DNA from: Haliotis cracherodii
Lineage: Eukaryota
Reading direction: 5' to 3'
Assembly (NCBI RefSeq): GCF_022045235.1
Contig: NW_027266286.1
Location: 70,680,001 to 70,744,000, forward strand
DNA length: 64,000 nucleotides
Shown here: in pieces, positions 25,735-40,896 of the stretch
Layout of the letters: every line of letters begins with the position of its first letter
Position numbering within the stretch: position 1 is the first letter of the stretch
Position numbers and translations under genes: made by a program
The notes under the pieces: model-generated
Told to the model about the DNA's origin: nothing
The model's input: the letters and a program-made list of their open reading frames with translations, nothing else
Database searches by the model: none

Positions 25735-25919
25735 TGGGTTTGAATTCTGGTTCAATTATTCAATTCCGCCCCGATTATGTTTGTAGGTTTGTCAGCAAAC
25801 CAAAGTGGTGGATATCTGAGACATGCATCACTTTGGGCGTTCCACCCATATTAAGCTGACATGATGTGATACAACTGACACACTGTTAAAAGCAGCATTA
25901 AACCCATCTCACTCTCACT
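25735..25919 (+). mobile_element. SINE family C, truncated and decayed
   Basis: Aligns to the body and tail of 300-584. Confidence 0.75.
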
Positions 25920-26061
25920 ACAGTGTCATCTTCAGTTACAGTACTGGCACTATATCAAATACAAACTTCAATATTATCATTATCATTGTGATGTTCAAAC
26001 ACCTAATGATTAAAAACCCAAAACAAACTGTAGGTGGACAAATTCAGCCTACAAAAAGCCT

Positions 26062-26290
26062 GACCCGTGAAGAAAGGAGGCTATACTTGTTGTGAGAGGC
26101 GACTAACGGGATCGGGTAGTCAGACTCACAGACTTGGTTGATGCATGTCATCGTATCCCAATTGCATGGATTGATGCTCATAATGTCAGTCACTGGACTG
26201 TCTGGTCCAGATTGATTATTTAATGTCGCCGTCATATAGCTGGAATATTGCTGAGCACTGCGTTTAAAAAATAATAAACAAATAAATACA
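26062..26290 (+). mobile_element. Family B with an internal deletion in the 5' module
   Basis: GACCCGTGAAG start, GGCGACTAACGGGATC, shared tail. Confidence 0.85.
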
Positions 26291-26513
26291 ATAAGCCTAC
26301 GAGCACTGCGATGTTCATTGGACTGCATAATGCTCCAGAACATCAAGGCATAATGACATACAGTCATCCCACACTGCCCTTCGGTCCTCACTAGTCAGCT
26401 CTAAGCATGGGGCACTGAGGAACCCTTCTAACCTGGAGTCCCCACGGGGATTTAACAATCTCATATCCACTCTTAAAATTAATTGTGAGAGCAGTTTATT
26501 CAAATCATTATCA

Positions 26514-26726
<213 letters not shown>

Positions 26727-26747
26727 TCAGTTCTTCAGCTACACATA

Positions 26748-27935
26748 TGAGGAACGTACAATAAGTTTTGCAACTGGGGCATTTGTGTTAATACAAACAA
26801 TGTCAACTTGTGGTAGGTGTGACACTAGTCATAACATCAGGTTGACACGTGTCATAACAAGTTCCAGACACAACAATAAGTTAGATGTGATGGCTTCATT
26901 CACCTAAGGGTGGTCACAATCAAGGATTCTCTCAAACATTAACAACCCGCTGTAATAAAGTTCCTAACCAAGGAGGGATGCGAAGCAAAAGAAATCCATG
27001 ATCGCATGTGTAAAGTGATGGGTAAGGATGCTCCTGACTATTCCACAGTTTGCCGTTGGTCTCTACAGTTTAAAAGGGGTAGGGAGTCCATAAACGATGA
27101 CCCAAGGTCAGGCAGGCCTTCAGATGCCACCCAACCGGAAACCATCGCTGCTATAGAAAGAAGAATTTTGTCTGACCGACAAGTGAAAGTATCTGAACTT
27201 TCTAGGGAATTCCAAATATCATTTGGAACTGTTGTAACCATTATTCATGAGCATCTTGGTATGTCCAAGGTGGTACCTAGAAACCTCAGAGCTCAAGATC
27301 GCCATCAGAGAACTGAAAGTTGTTGAGACCTCCTGGATCTCTATACTGCTGATGAAGCCAGATTTCTAGTGACAGGGGATGAAACCTGGATCCACCACTG
27401 GGACCCAGAAACTCAATTGGAATCCATGCAATGGAAGCATCCCAATTTTCCGCCTCCGAGGAAGTTTCGCACACAACCATCGGCTGGCAAGGTAATGGCC
27501 ACCATATTTTGGGATGCAAGAGGCATATTACCGATTCATAACATGACACCAAAAACTACAATCAATGGACAGTATTATGCAAATGTAATGAAAGAATTGC
27601 GAAAATCTGTTCGCCAGAAAAGCTGTGGGATGTTAACACGTGGTATTCTACTTTTGCATGACAACGCTCCAGTTCACAAGTTGAAAATTGCACAGGCCGC
27701 CATATGTGAATGTGGATTCGAACAGTTAGTCACCCACTCTACAGCCCAGACTTATCCCCCAGTGACTATTTCCTGTTCCGGCAAATGAAATCTGGCCTAC
27801 GTGGAAGATGCTTCCAGGATGACGAGGACATAAAGAGTGCCACCGAGGTGTGGTTAGAGGGCCAATTTGCGGATTTCTATAAAAGTGGTATTAAAAGGAC
27901 AAATGGAATAAGTGAATTGAGGTGCATATACAATG
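26748..27935 (+). mobile_element. Decayed mariner (DD34D, irritans/Himar-like) transposon with pseudogenised transposase
   Basis: TA followed by TIR-like TGAGGAACGTACAATAAGTTTTG; VPRNL, TGDETW, SAGKVMATIFWD, HDNAPVH, YSPDLSPSDYFLF spread over broken frames; right end lost next to a family D MITE. Confidence 0.9.
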
Positions 27936-27939
27936 ATAT

Positions 27940-28314
27940 AGATCAATTGCAGGATTTGCAAAGTATGTGTACCGTCAATGGGGCATTGACAGATATTTTC
28001 CAAATCTTTCCATGTTTTTAATCAATTTTCTCAAGTGATTTGATGCACTTCACACGGTAAGACGTTTTGTTACAATATATAGATCTTGATCATCCATCAG
28101 ATCATCTGACTTGGCACTGCTATCTTGTCTGAAGCAAATGCAATTGATATGAATCTGATTGATCAATAGAAGGGACAGAGACAGGCACAACGTAATCATG
28201 GTAATAGCCACTGGTTGCTATACGATTGAGCAACGGAATTCCAGCCCTGTTTGGCAAGGAAGGAACTGGACTTTTAATTTTACAGTCTGTTAACTCCCTT
28301 GCCTTGAAGAGATG
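27940..28314 (-). mobile_element. Family D partial copy
   Basis: Reverse complement of about 1885-2255, including one TIR. Confidence 0.75.
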
Positions 28315-28698
28315 GCCTTTGAGACATTTGAACTTTGATAGAGACTAAACATGCTAAAGGGAAAACACTTATCGTCTTCAGCATGTTATGAATTCTCCTC
28401 TGTTATACCTGCTTCAACATGCTCAGCCATCACTTCCTTCAACTCACAAAACTAGACTCATGATATAACGATTTCATGAATGAACATGATGAAGCAAATA
28501 TCATCTTAATTAAAAAAATAGTCTCAGAGCATGTCTTCAAGTGATGCCCCAATTCACAAGAAACATTCTTTTAGCCTGCATAGTTATTTTAGATGAACAA
28601 ATTTCTTTGATGTTCCAACGGAACTGTTGAGGTTAGTCTCCAGTGCAACAATGAAAAAGGTCTTATTTAGCAATTCGACACCATGTCACATTACATAC

Positions 28699-28759
28699 CT
28701 TCCCATATACTTTAACATTGTAGGCACATTTCTTACAGATAGAGTGGGTGCTGCCTTTA
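28699..28759 (-). CDS. FAM76: FAM76 exon 3 (KGSTHSICKKCAYNVKVYGK)
   Basis: tttcag| and |gtatgt; 61 bp; ICKKCA motif; phase restores the frame. Confidence 0.92.
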
Positions 28760-29090
28760 CTGAAAAAAGAAAAAAGGACAGTTAGTGAAAGACATACGAC
28801 AAACATGGAAAGACTTTACTACATATCTACTATCTAAAACACAATATTGTGATCAGAATATGTAATCAACTGAAATAACTGGGGTGGTCCGTATAAGTGC
28901 TGTATCAAGAGGAGTCCCAGTCTCGATAGTCTTGTCAGCAAGGGTTATAATCATAGGAATGTGACCAATCCCGACGATGATAGTAATCCACATCTGGAGG
29001 ACGGGGAGCCATGGGGAGCAACGGGGAGAATGTTCAACGAAATCTGAGTAATAATCATCATCAGTTCGGATGAGCAGTAGTAGAACGTGA

Positions 29091-29316
29091 TGATTTGGTT
29101 GGTTGATTGGTTGATTGGTTGGTTCGTTTAACGCCACACAATATTCCAGCTATATGGACCAGACAAGTCCAGCGATTAATATCATGTGCATCGATCCACA
29201 CAATTGGGATCAACCAACCCAGCGAGCCTGACCACCCAACCCCGTTAGTTGCCTTTTACGGCAAGCATTGTCGCCTTTTACGGCAAGCATATTCTACCCC
29301 GGATCTGCATGGGTCA
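29091..29316 (-). mobile_element. Family B, two-module type, minus strand
   Basis: Reverse complement reads gacccatgcagatccggggtagaat, two tgcttgccgtaaaaggcRac modules, then taacgggg. Confidence 0.8.
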
Positions 29317-32034
29317 CGTGAGGGTTTGGAAGGGTCCTAGATTTCTGTTCTGCATGCAAATCTATATTAAGTGGATTAAAATATGTGATCGCCACAAGCT
29401 ATACATGATTGAAAAAAACATATCTCATAGATTTAAAGATGCCTTTGTAGAGATAGAACATCACCCTGAAATGCAACAAAATTATTACTATTATCATCCA
29501 GGCAATTCTGACCTTTTGATTGTGGTTGTAATGACCTTTTTTGTTGCTGATTTGACTATGATTGAATTGTGGCCATGTTGACATTTTCGTGACCATCTTG
29601 ACTTTTGAGGCTATTCTGACATCAGGCCTTTTTGACTACAACCCTGTCAGTCTGTCAACATGGTCACTGTCAGTGCACCATGTGAAGCTTTCTGTATTGG
29701 CTAACATTACTTGTGGTCGTCAAGTATGTGACACCAGGGTCATTTGAAGCAGAAACATCATTGGCATTGTGGGAAGACGGTTTAGGCTGTGTTAACAACG
29801 AAAAAAACTTTCATATTTGTCTATCTATGAACCTTTTCGGATTCTCTGCTCTTGGGTTTTGCTGTTTGGTCATGATTTATTAGTGACGGTTGAGAACCAA
29901 TGAAAATCGTCCATATGACTTTTTATTTATTTTCTGAATGGGCCATTTGTGACTTTCAGCCAATGAAAGGCCCTAATAGTAAAGTCAGAAACGTAAGGTA
30001 ATGAAAATCATGGCGTTTACATTTAATAATTATAAACAGCTGTCCGAGTGATGTAAAATAATATTGATACACTCAGTGACTCCCATAATTATATAAAATA
30101 AATCCATCCACAAGAGTATCCCCAATGTCCCACTGAGCCGAAAAGTTATGCACCAATCAGTTTATTATTGCGTGAATCCTGTGAGACTGCTGCTTCAGCA
30201 GTTCACTGATGTTTTGCTTTTACAAACAAAAATATCCCACCAAGGAATCAACCAGAAATGTTTTGCAACCACATCTTCATGCTTTCTTAAATCTGTTGGT
30301 TTTCAAATGTAATTGGATCCTGGGGTCCTTGAGGTTTGCTCCAATAGTTAAATACAGGGATGTTTTTCCCTTTTTACATTTAGAATGTGACATGGACCCA
30401 GGGACTTTAATGCTTAATTTGAAGTGTCTGTGATCACATTTGGTCATAGTACTTGAGACGCAATTGTTGAAAATCTGTACCAATGACTGTGGTGTTATTG
30501 TACATGACCTCGATGAATGAGTTGGGTTTCATGCCGCCTTGAACAGTATTTCAGCGATATCAATGTGTCAGCTCAATGTTGGAGGAAAGTCTGAAGTGAT
30601 GCAGCTCATTAGATGTTGCCATTTTGGTGAAACCCACAAGCATGGTCTTTTTGCTGACAAACCAAGAATGAATTGGGCTAACCTTTAGAATACAGTACCA
30701 CAAACTTTTTAAACACGTGACAATACCTGTTGACGTAATTTGTAGTATTTTGTTGAAGTCACACCGGCAAAACAATGCCCTGTGATGTCAGGGGGTCATC
30801 GAGTGTGCATAAGCTCTTCCCAGTGATCTATCAAAAGTATCATCTCCACACACAATGTCACTGAATACGCCAAGCAGTGTTGAGAGTTTTGAATATATGT
30901 TTACTAAATATAGCCTGCGGCGGCGCATTTTATAGCAAGCGCTGGTTTACGAAAGCACTTTTATTTTTTATATATTTTTTATTTCGTTTTTCTCGTAATT
31001 GAAGTGACTAAAATGGTTATAAATAGGAACTATTATACATATTTTATTTTTTCGGTTCATTAATTTTCATTATTTTGCACAAGAATGCAGTTTAATAGCG
31101 CTGAACACATCTAAATGTCGCCAGTGTTAGGGTAGGTTACCCCTAACTCTATCCTTAGCCCTTGGATCCCCTTTACGATCAATCACCCCTTTTCAATCAT
31201 TAAGGTAAGGTAGATCTACCTGTTTAGTGGATATTATGGATTCTATAGCGGCTCATAATATTCTTCACACAAAAACGGCGAATAAAAAGGATGAAATGGT
31301 TTTGTGTCGAATACTTTGGCTACTGGAAACTGTCCTGATTCAAAAACTCACTGTTGTTTCGTCACTAGCCATGCACATGCCTCCCTCGTTCTTTACTATT
31401 ATCCACATCATCCTTACAGTGTTCCCTAACACACTTTTCTGTCACAAAATCCACCCAACGAATTATTAAATACCATGTCATTTATGCGTACTCGCGAGTT
31501 CGACGATTGACGTCTGGTGCCAATTTCAGTTTGTGCCATATCGGTCATTCCATGCCACTCGGTATCTTGTAGATTACGGATTGGGACGACAGTGCCAAAT
31601 GGCATTGGGATCATTCGTAAGTGTCCGTAGATGTCACGAGACACCATGCCTACATGTAACCTTAGTAAGTATCCATCATCTATTCGACACTTTTCGTTCA
31701 GTTCCATAACATCGTAGACATGACTAGGTAAATTTGCACTTTGTTTTACAGTGTGGACATAGCTCAGTCGGTTAGCTGTCGGGCTAACAATCGCAAGTTC
31801 ACGTCTGACGGATTCTCGCAAAAACTGGTTGCTTATCTTTGAGACATGTGACCTACGGCAGAGATCGTCCTCACGAGAAGTTGTGGTACAGTATTCTAAA
31901 GGTGCTCCGTGAATTGGGTTTAACACCACTTTTAACAGAATTCCAGTAACATCACAGCATATCAACTTTGTGTGCGAGGAGACATTATGATTGTTGATCA
32001 AACAATAGAAATATGAATTAATCATGTTACTTAC

Positions 32035-32099
32035 TTTACTTGCTGGAATTCTGCTCGACAATATGTGCACTTGACTATAGGATAATTATTTCGACAGTC
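32035..32099 (-). CDS. FAM76: FAM76 exon 2 (DCRNNYPIVKCTYCRAEFQQV)
   Basis: tttcag| and |gtaagt; 65 bp; PIVKCTYCR motif. Confidence 0.93.
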
Positions 32100-32328
32100 C
32101 TGAAACAAGAATCATATGTTATTACTAATTTTTATCAAATATTGGAAGTGAATGAACAATTTGATAGTGGAACCATCTCTAACTGAAAGTACAAAGCTAC
32201 CATGGATACCATTATTTTTACCATGCACACTTCAGTTAAGCTCACTATTGATTGTCAAAAAAATATTCCTCATTGGAAATATTAAAAATCAGTATTTTAG
32301 AGTCAAGGGATCACCAATTTTAACTATT

Positions 32329-32484
32329 CAGCGTTAGAAATTGGCACTAGTCCTATAGTCCTTGCCAAACTGACAAATGGTAAAGGTAACATAAGGACAA
32401 GTAGAAATTTGCCTTTTTTAAGGGTTTTGCTATATGTTATCATTATAAGGACTAGTGGACGAAAACTGTTAGTTTCTAACCCTG
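32329..32484 (+). mobile_element. Family H 156-bp hAT-like MITE
   Basis: CAGCGTTAGAAA...TTTCTAACCCTG; TSD ctatt. Confidence 0.82.
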
Positions 32485-32854
32485 CTATTCATTGTATTAT
32501 TATCTCTATTCTATAGCACACCAGAGGTTTGAACCTCAGGACCTTCTCACTGAATTAGGTTTGGATAATATGACATTTCTTTGGTAAATGAAACGTGTTC
32601 AGATTTGTTGTCATATTAAGGTAGAAATATTGACATGATTGTTATTCCATAATCTGCTTTCTTACCATGCTTCGTTAAATTTCAATTTAACTACAGAAAC
32701 TATAAGACATGGAGTCAGTGATAGAAGTACATGTAAAAATATTCTAGATTCTTAGACGTAGATAACCTTTGTCCCCTTTTTTTAAAATCACCACATGATG
32801 TAAATGTAGATTTAAACATTGTTTGTGTTGTTTGACAAGTGGAAGAGTGTTTTA

Positions 32855-33406
<552 letters not shown>

Positions 33407-33427
33407 ATGGATGAATCTAATGCCAAA
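33407..33427 (+). CDS. CEP57: CEP57 putative exon 1 (MDESNAK)
   Basis: Good Kozak context (acaATGg), strong |gtaagt donor, phase 0 matches the next exon; sits at the divergent promoter. Too short for homology support. Confidence 0.65.
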
Positions 33428-34127
33428 GTAAGTTTGATACAACACCATTCATTCTCTGTATGGCACTTGATTCAAATGTAGTCATGTTTGATGAGTGATC
33501 GCAAGCAATGTATATTTTATTGACACTGAATCACAGGTCTGATCATGCAATTTATTATGCTCCCGTTGCTGTAACCAGCTGGTAACAGTTTCACCGCTAC
33601 TGATTTTTGTTTTTCAGTTTCTAGCAATCCAATCACATTTTAAGTTAGTGTCAGAAACTTTATCCTCGTTTATATTTTACAGCCAGAGATTCTAGGTCAG
33701 TAAATGTGCTGGTTATTCTGTAGGATCATGTGTGTGTGTTTTTAAAATAAAAAAAATAGGCTACAAGGATATTATTGTCACTGACATGGATGTTGCAAAT
33801 ACATTCCTTTGCTATTTAATCATACACACTTGATGGCAATGGTGCAGTTTACCTTGTGCAGCTGTATAGTGCTAATTGGCTCTGGCTTTCACTTCACTGA
33901 TCTTGTGTGCCTGTTTTAGTCTTTAGGGCTATAGCCTATAGTTGTGTTAGGGTTTTTACCCTCAACTCTATCTTTATCCGATGAATCCCCTTTCCAATCA
34001 AACATCCTTCATGATCGTTAGGTTTTGCACCCCTTGCCGATCAAACACCTTTTTATGATCAAAGGCTTCTTTTAGCCCATTGTAAATTCATCAAAGATGT
34101 GAGAGAGTAATGAATTAGTCCACTGGA

Positions 34128-34376
34128 GACCCATGTAGATCTTGGTTTTAATTGGTCTTCAGCAATCCATGCTTGTTGTAAGATGCGACTAACATGATTG
34201 GGTGGTCAGAATCATTGACTTGATTGATGCATGTCATTGTATCACAGTTGCGTAGATTGATGCTCATGATGTGAATCACTGGATTGTCTGGTCTGGACTC
34301 AATTATTTGTTGACTGTCGTCATACAGCTGGAATATTACTGAGTTCAGCGTTAAACAACAGCTAAACAACTACAAA
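34128..34376 (+). mobile_element. Family B, full length
   Basis: TSD agtccact; GACCC start; tail present. Confidence 0.85.
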
Positions 34377-37129
34377 AGTCCACTATAATCCAAAGTAAAT
34401 CTGTACAATTTGCATGCAGTTTTAAAAAGTGTGTAAAATGCCCAGTCACAAATGTGCTCATGACTAGTGCCCATGGCCCCATGGCTCTTCACAATCCATC
34501 AGTCAGGTAGACACTACATAGCTTGAAAACATCCATGAATATCATAAGTACTGTGACCAAGAAATGGGGATGTCATTGATTGGAAGATTTGGTTTAGACA
34601 TATTGACTTAAGAGTATCACAATATATGTAAATATTTCCAGACTGACCAGATTATGCTTTACAAACATTTAAATATTTCAACATGATCAAATTCTTGTGT
34701 AACTTCAGGCGTTATTATATTATCACAGGCATGTCCGACGTCTCTAAAGAAATACTCTACCAATTGCACCAAACAAAACTAGGTTGTACCCTGACACCAA
34801 AAATGTATCAAAGTTGAAACATAGGCCTGTCTGCTGCCAGTGTCACATAAATTAGTAAGACATTGCTGTTAAACGTAATAGGAACATGTGCACATAATCT
34901 TGAAGTACCCACAATTTGATGATGTCACGCCTAAGAAAGCATGACAAATTACACGTAACACAGGGATTAGTGATGTATGATGAGGTATGTTCAAAGAAAG
35001 ATTTTGTGTGGACAAGTAAGGCAAGTCAGACAAAAGAATACATGCACTTGGTTCATGTTGACATAAATATTGGGTAGCATGTTTCAATAATAGGTAGCCA
35101 TTGTGCATGTTTTATTCAGCTAAATCAAGCCCCACCAGGACACCTTCATTTTTATGTTTAATTTTAAACTATGACAATCATTATAATAATTTGTACACTG
35201 AACCTGAAGTAGGTGCTTTAACAGTGCCTCACAAGGGAAGTTATGTAGTTTTGAAATTGTCCAAACTCAGGTTTGAAGACTACATTACTGTCTTTATATA
35301 CAGAATGTTTTCCTTAGTTTTGGAAAAGTTAGTGACAAGTGATATCTGTCCATGAGGTGAAAGAACATGATGACTTAAGTGTTGCTTTTGCCTTATCACA
35401 ATTTCTTCTTTCCTTAAAATTTAACGCAACTACTTTATCACAAACAAGACAGTGATAGCTGCCTGACAAACTGAATATTTATCACTGCAATAAATTAGAT
35501 TTGACGCCTGTCATCTGGTCATATTCTTTCCATATATCTGTACAAATAGAATGTGTTATCTGTCCAGAAACTCCAAATGCGGACATATTGACCGACATGT
35601 ACGTATCAATGTATGGTAGGGTTGGGATAGACTGCATGATCCGAAGAAATTGAAGCCTGGCTTTATTACACATGACATGCTTCAGCAAGTCTGGATTACA
35701 GCTGATCTGTATGAGGTTGTCCTTTTCCATGTTCACCAGTCAATGACGCTGTTGGTACACCTCTCTATTAAATGTCATGTGATGTTGCTTTCAATTGTCC
35801 CATGTCAATTTCAAATAGATCCCTGTCAATTTCAAATTGTTTGCTTAGACAAAATTGGTGCGAAGTGAGTTTGCATAGAGAGGTGTGCACTTTCACTTTC
35901 TTGAATCAGTGTTTGAAGAAATGTTTGCTCAGAGTTGAACATTGCTAAATGAATCATTTATTCTCTACCCTGTCTCATTGTCAGTCGGCATGTTGATAGA
36001 AGGATTGATAAAAGTGCTACATGTGTGATTGTGGCTTAGTGATCAGAATATTTGTAGGTTGAAAACTTCATGCTTCCCTGAGTTGTATACAACCTCTTGA
36101 CATGTGTAATTTGTTTAAACTGATAGGGGTAAAATGTTATTGAAATATGAATCAGTTAATGTTGAGAAATTTCTTTTGTATTCCACTTAATCTCTTCTTG
36201 CGTTATCATGTTATGGTAGCCTATCTACAGTGCTTTTGATCGTGTAGATTTTTTGTCTTGAAGATTTGAAAACAGATTTTTGTTACGACAGTGAAACAGC
36301 AATAACTCTGATAGCTATGTATGTAAGGTAGGGTGCACTAAAGTAACATTCTGTTGACTCAGTGGGATGTACCTTTAGGCCAAGACTTGAGGTCAGTAGG
36401 TTGAAGAAACATTTATTTATTAATATTTCCTCAAATGTCAGGTGGCTAGAAATTATTATTTAAGAAAATAGATTGGGGCATGAGTTTTAAAGATAAATTT
36501 TCAACATGTTTTAGCTGAAGTCATTTAGATAATTTATTTATATTGTGGCAGGAAGTGAATTTTTGGCTATTACCTCTGGTTGGAGGAATATAAAAACCTG
36601 CTGCTTTAAATTTTTAAATTGTTTTAAATTTGTAGGAGTCAGATTTGTAAAGAAAATTTTTGAAAAAATATTTTGTTTGGACGAATGTTTAACATGTTTA
36701 ATAACTGTATTAGATACCATATCCATATCAGAGAAATTCTTTTTTATCTATCATTGTAACATTGTTGCTTACCCGGTATGTTGAAGGCAGATAATCAATT
36801 GTTTTTCTTGTCCTAGGCATCAAATATATTGTACATGTATTTCTAGAGGCTTAATGATCATGCTGATGAGTCACAATACCTGGCCTCCTTAATCAAGAAG
36901 AGATTGCTGGAAATTCCATCATTCTAGGAAATGCTGATCAGTAGGTAATGACGGTAATCACCATTACTTTTGTAGATTTACAGAGGGATTTACCTGGGTC
37001 TATTGAGTTGTATGTCTGGTTTGGTTTTCAAACTGTTTTATGTCATCGCATCATAGATTCATACTACAATTTCAGAGTGTATTCCGCTGAATATTGATTT
37101 CCCTTCCTTATTTTGTAAATAATGTGCTC

Positions 37130-37412
37130 AAGGTTCTCAAGCGATTTGATGCACCTCACGAAGTAAGACCCATTTTATCCCAACATAGATTTTGATAATC
37201 AATCAGATCGTTTTGACTGGGTAGCGCCATTTTGTTTAAAGCAAATGCAAGTGATATGAAAGGTGGAATCTGGTTGGTCAATAGGCAGGTCATAGAAGGG
37301 ACATAACCCGTAATAGTGGTGGCGCTACGATCGAGCCCAGGAATTCCAGCTTAGTTTGGCAAGGTTGGAAACTGGACTTTATAGTCAGTTACTCACTTGC
37401 CTCGGGAAGATG
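37130..37412 (-). mobile_element. Family D partial copy
   Basis: Reverse complement of about 1885-2175; ends cttgcctcgggaagatg. Confidence 0.8.
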
Positions 37413-39994
37413 AATAATGTATTGCAAAGGCAAACTTTGATATTAATTTAAGAACTTGCATTCCTCATGTTCACTTGTTATTATTCCTGAGTAATGGCAT
37501 TATCAGAAGATGAAAAATGTACGCCGGAATATATACCCTTGTACATTTGTAAAAAGCACAGTAGTTTTGAAAATACCCAATTTGCTTGATTGCATATATA
37601 TATTTTTTCTGAGGATTAATTAGACACCCACAGGGGCTGAGATTGTTATGAGGTTGACATTCCTGAATTATACATTTGCCTGACACATACATTTTGTTTG
37701 GAATCTGAGAGAAACCACTGTAATAATGTATGGTCATGATGATGCATGAAGGAATGGTGATTATTAGCCTGGGACCGGGTGATACGGTCATAGACTTTTA
37801 TGAAGCCCCATGCTGACATTTGCTGAGACGACCGACAGGACAATATCCTGTCACAAGCCCTTGCCAAGTTGCATGATCAGTTGTCATAAATCAATCTTGT
37901 CAATATCGGATGTTTGTCGTCAATAGACTCTCCATTTGTCCATTGCACCAGTCTATACGAAGGTCATATTGCACTATTGATCGGACTGACTATCAATAAA
38001 TGGATCAGATCTTTTTTCAGCCTTTGTTGAAAGGATACTGTTGAATTCCTGACTGTTGTGGGATCGAGACATTTAGTGCCTGAATACTTCATGGTTAGGA
38101 TCCTTTTACCCATGATCAGGATAATGCAGGTCAATTTCTCTAGTTTCCTTTATTGTAAAAATACTCACTTATGATACTGTTATTAGGCTATCATGGGCTA
38201 TATGTCAGTGGGATTGTGGGAAAAGAAAATCTATAAGATGTAACATTGAGTGACTTAGCCATTAATCCATAGCCTGAGTCTAGTCAAGTTTCTTTCCGTC
38301 TAGTAAGCTTGGCAGCAAATTGCAAATAAACACGATAAAGTACTTTCATTAACTCTGAAATCTACTGAAATAGATGTGAAGTGACAGGTTTGGGCTAGTA
38401 GTCTCAAAAGGTTTTTGCACAGACTGATGTTTACATGGTATAAGTCTGGGAGAAAGGAACCTTTAATTAAGTTTAGACCCATCATCTGTGAAACAACACT
38501 ACATTAAATTTAGAGGCCATTAAGTATGTTAAGGGCAGGAAACAGGTTGTGCTGACTGATATCGTCTGTCTTCATTATGGTGACATAACAACCATGGTCT
38601 TCCATTCAAAACTTCCTGTTCAGAAGTATGCAAAACAGATTCATGATTTTGAATATGATAAAACAAACTGAGCAAAGCATGACAACATACCATCCTGTTC
38701 AGCAGTGTCCGTGAGTTGTTCTAAGTTCATTGTGACCTCTGGTCCATAGCTTGTGACATTACCAATACCATATCATGGAGGAAATGACAGTCTCCCACTG
38801 AGTTCATAAGCAGGGACTTGGCCCTTTGTAACATTTTCATTACCGGTACATTTTAGTGTTGCATCAGGCCCAAAAGTTAAATTTTTTACGAAGTAGCCAT
38901 ATGGCTTCAGGTATTTTTTTCTGGGTAGCCAGTGGTAAAATAAAAAAGTCAAGCTAATATTGTAGGTCAAAAGCATTTGAAATGATTTTTTATCAAATAA
39001 CTTCTATAATATGTACAAGTCATTGCACTAGTTTTGGAATTGTTTATTAGTGGAAACTGTACTTGATTTTTGTTATTTGTGACTCAAACAATGATGCAAT
39101 TTATGTTACTAGATTGTATGGGTATATCCTTGCTCATCCAATGAGCATTCCCAACTAATCTAAAATACTAATTACATTAATGTTTATGTATTTTGGTTCA
39201 TTGTCGACTTATTATTTATGAGAACAATTATTAGCATATGTGTTTACCAATATCAGCTGTTATTTATTATTGTGTCTACAGATGTGTAGCAACGGAATTT
39301 AGTCGCCTCAGATATTTTCAAGGTAGTCGTTTTGCTACCTCTGAATTTTAGGCAGTAGAAAAATTTAGATTTAGGTATTGGCGACATTTTAGTTGCAACT
39401 TTGAGGCTAGTCCTGCACCATGACCGTGGAATATATTTACTTTATGAAAATAAATAAATCTAGAAACACATACAAAAGCAAGTCTAGCCAGCCCAAGCTA
39501 GCTCTGTCTGAAATCATCATTGGGACATTTTTCAAGAAAGATATTGTGTAATATAAGATTTCAGAGACTTAATGTTAGTCTACTTTGAGCCCTGTACATG
39601 GAGTTGTATTAGCTCTTTGTTTAGAATGTTTAGAATTTTACTAGACTTGGGCTTTGGACTAGTGGTTAAAGTCGCAGACTCCCCATCAGGACAACGTGGA
39701 CAGTAGCAGAAGATATTTAATCAAGCACTTAATGTGATCAAATACTTAATGTGATCAAACCTTTTTCAACACAATTTCTGAGCATGCTTAGTGCATGTGA
39801 AATACTAAGGAGAAGTCACAAGATTTCAAGCTTGGGCCAAAACAAACTCATATCTTTTCATTGGGATTGACAGTTCTTGGTCTTGCTTAGTGTTTATTTT
39901 AGGGGTGTGGTCAACATGGTGGTGACTTTGGACACAGATGACTGTAATCCTGGTAGTTAGCTAAAAATTACTTCCCAGGGGAAATTCTTTCCTA

Positions 39995-40383
39995 CCCAAG
40001 TTAAAAATAGTTTAATGCCTCAAATGATGACCCATATGCCCAAGTTAAAAATAGTTTAATGCCTCAAATGATTACCCATATGCCCAAGTTAAAAGTAGTT
40101 TAATGCCTCAAATGATGACCCATATGCCCAAGTTAAAAATAGTTTAATGCCTCAAATGATGACCCATATGCCCAAGTTAAAAATAGTTTAATGCCTCAAA
40201 TGATGACCCATATGCCCAAGTTAAAAATAGTTTAATGCCTCAAATGATGACCCATATGCCCAAGTTAAATATGGTTTAATGCCTCAAATGATGACCCATA
40301 TGCCCAAGTTAAAAATAGTTTAATGCCTCAAATGATGACCCATATGCCCAAGTTTAAAATAGTTTAATGCGTCAAATGATGAC
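39995..40383. repeat. 44-bp minisatellite (CCCAAGTTAAAAATAGTTTAATGCCTCAAATGATGACCCATATG), about 9 units
   Basis: Near-perfect tandem array inside the TAGTCC-TIR element. Confidence 0.95.
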
Positions 40384-40896
40384 ATTTTTCTTGAGAGTGT
40401 GACAAGTTTAAGGCTCGGTAATGATGATCAGAGAGCATGCCCTCAGGTTATTTGAATATGTCTACCTTTATTGTTTTTTATTTAATGAGGAAAAGTTACT
40501 GACAAATGTTAAAATGTATATGTCTGTAAGATTCTGTGCAGGACATTTTGATGCAACATCTATAAAGTCTTGAATTAAACATGTCTAATTTGGTGGGAAT
40601 GTTGGAATATTTGACCATGGACATCATCCAACTTATCCACAAGCAATTTTGGAATTGTTGTGAGTGAAACATTTCTACATTTTGACCAATAATTTCTTGT
40701 CCTTGGAACTTTTTATGCAAAATAGTATTTGGTTTATAGTTTAATTGACATAGTTATGTCAGTCTGTGCTAAAAGCTTTAAGCCTACTCGCCCGAACTTG
40801 GCTCTGAGCAAAATTATCAGTTGATGTCCTGTGAATTATTATTTGTTAAACATACTAGACCAAACAGAATGTTACCAGACTCATACTTTAGGTAAC

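Noticed and set aside
31426-32070. 214-aa minus-strand ORF
   Set aside because: Non-ATG start inside FAM76 exon 2 in another frame, runs through the donor into the intron, and has no recognisable motif
38500-38580. IKYVKGRKQVVLTD, reminiscent of Gypsy RNase H
   Set aside because: Too short and degenerate to call without a search
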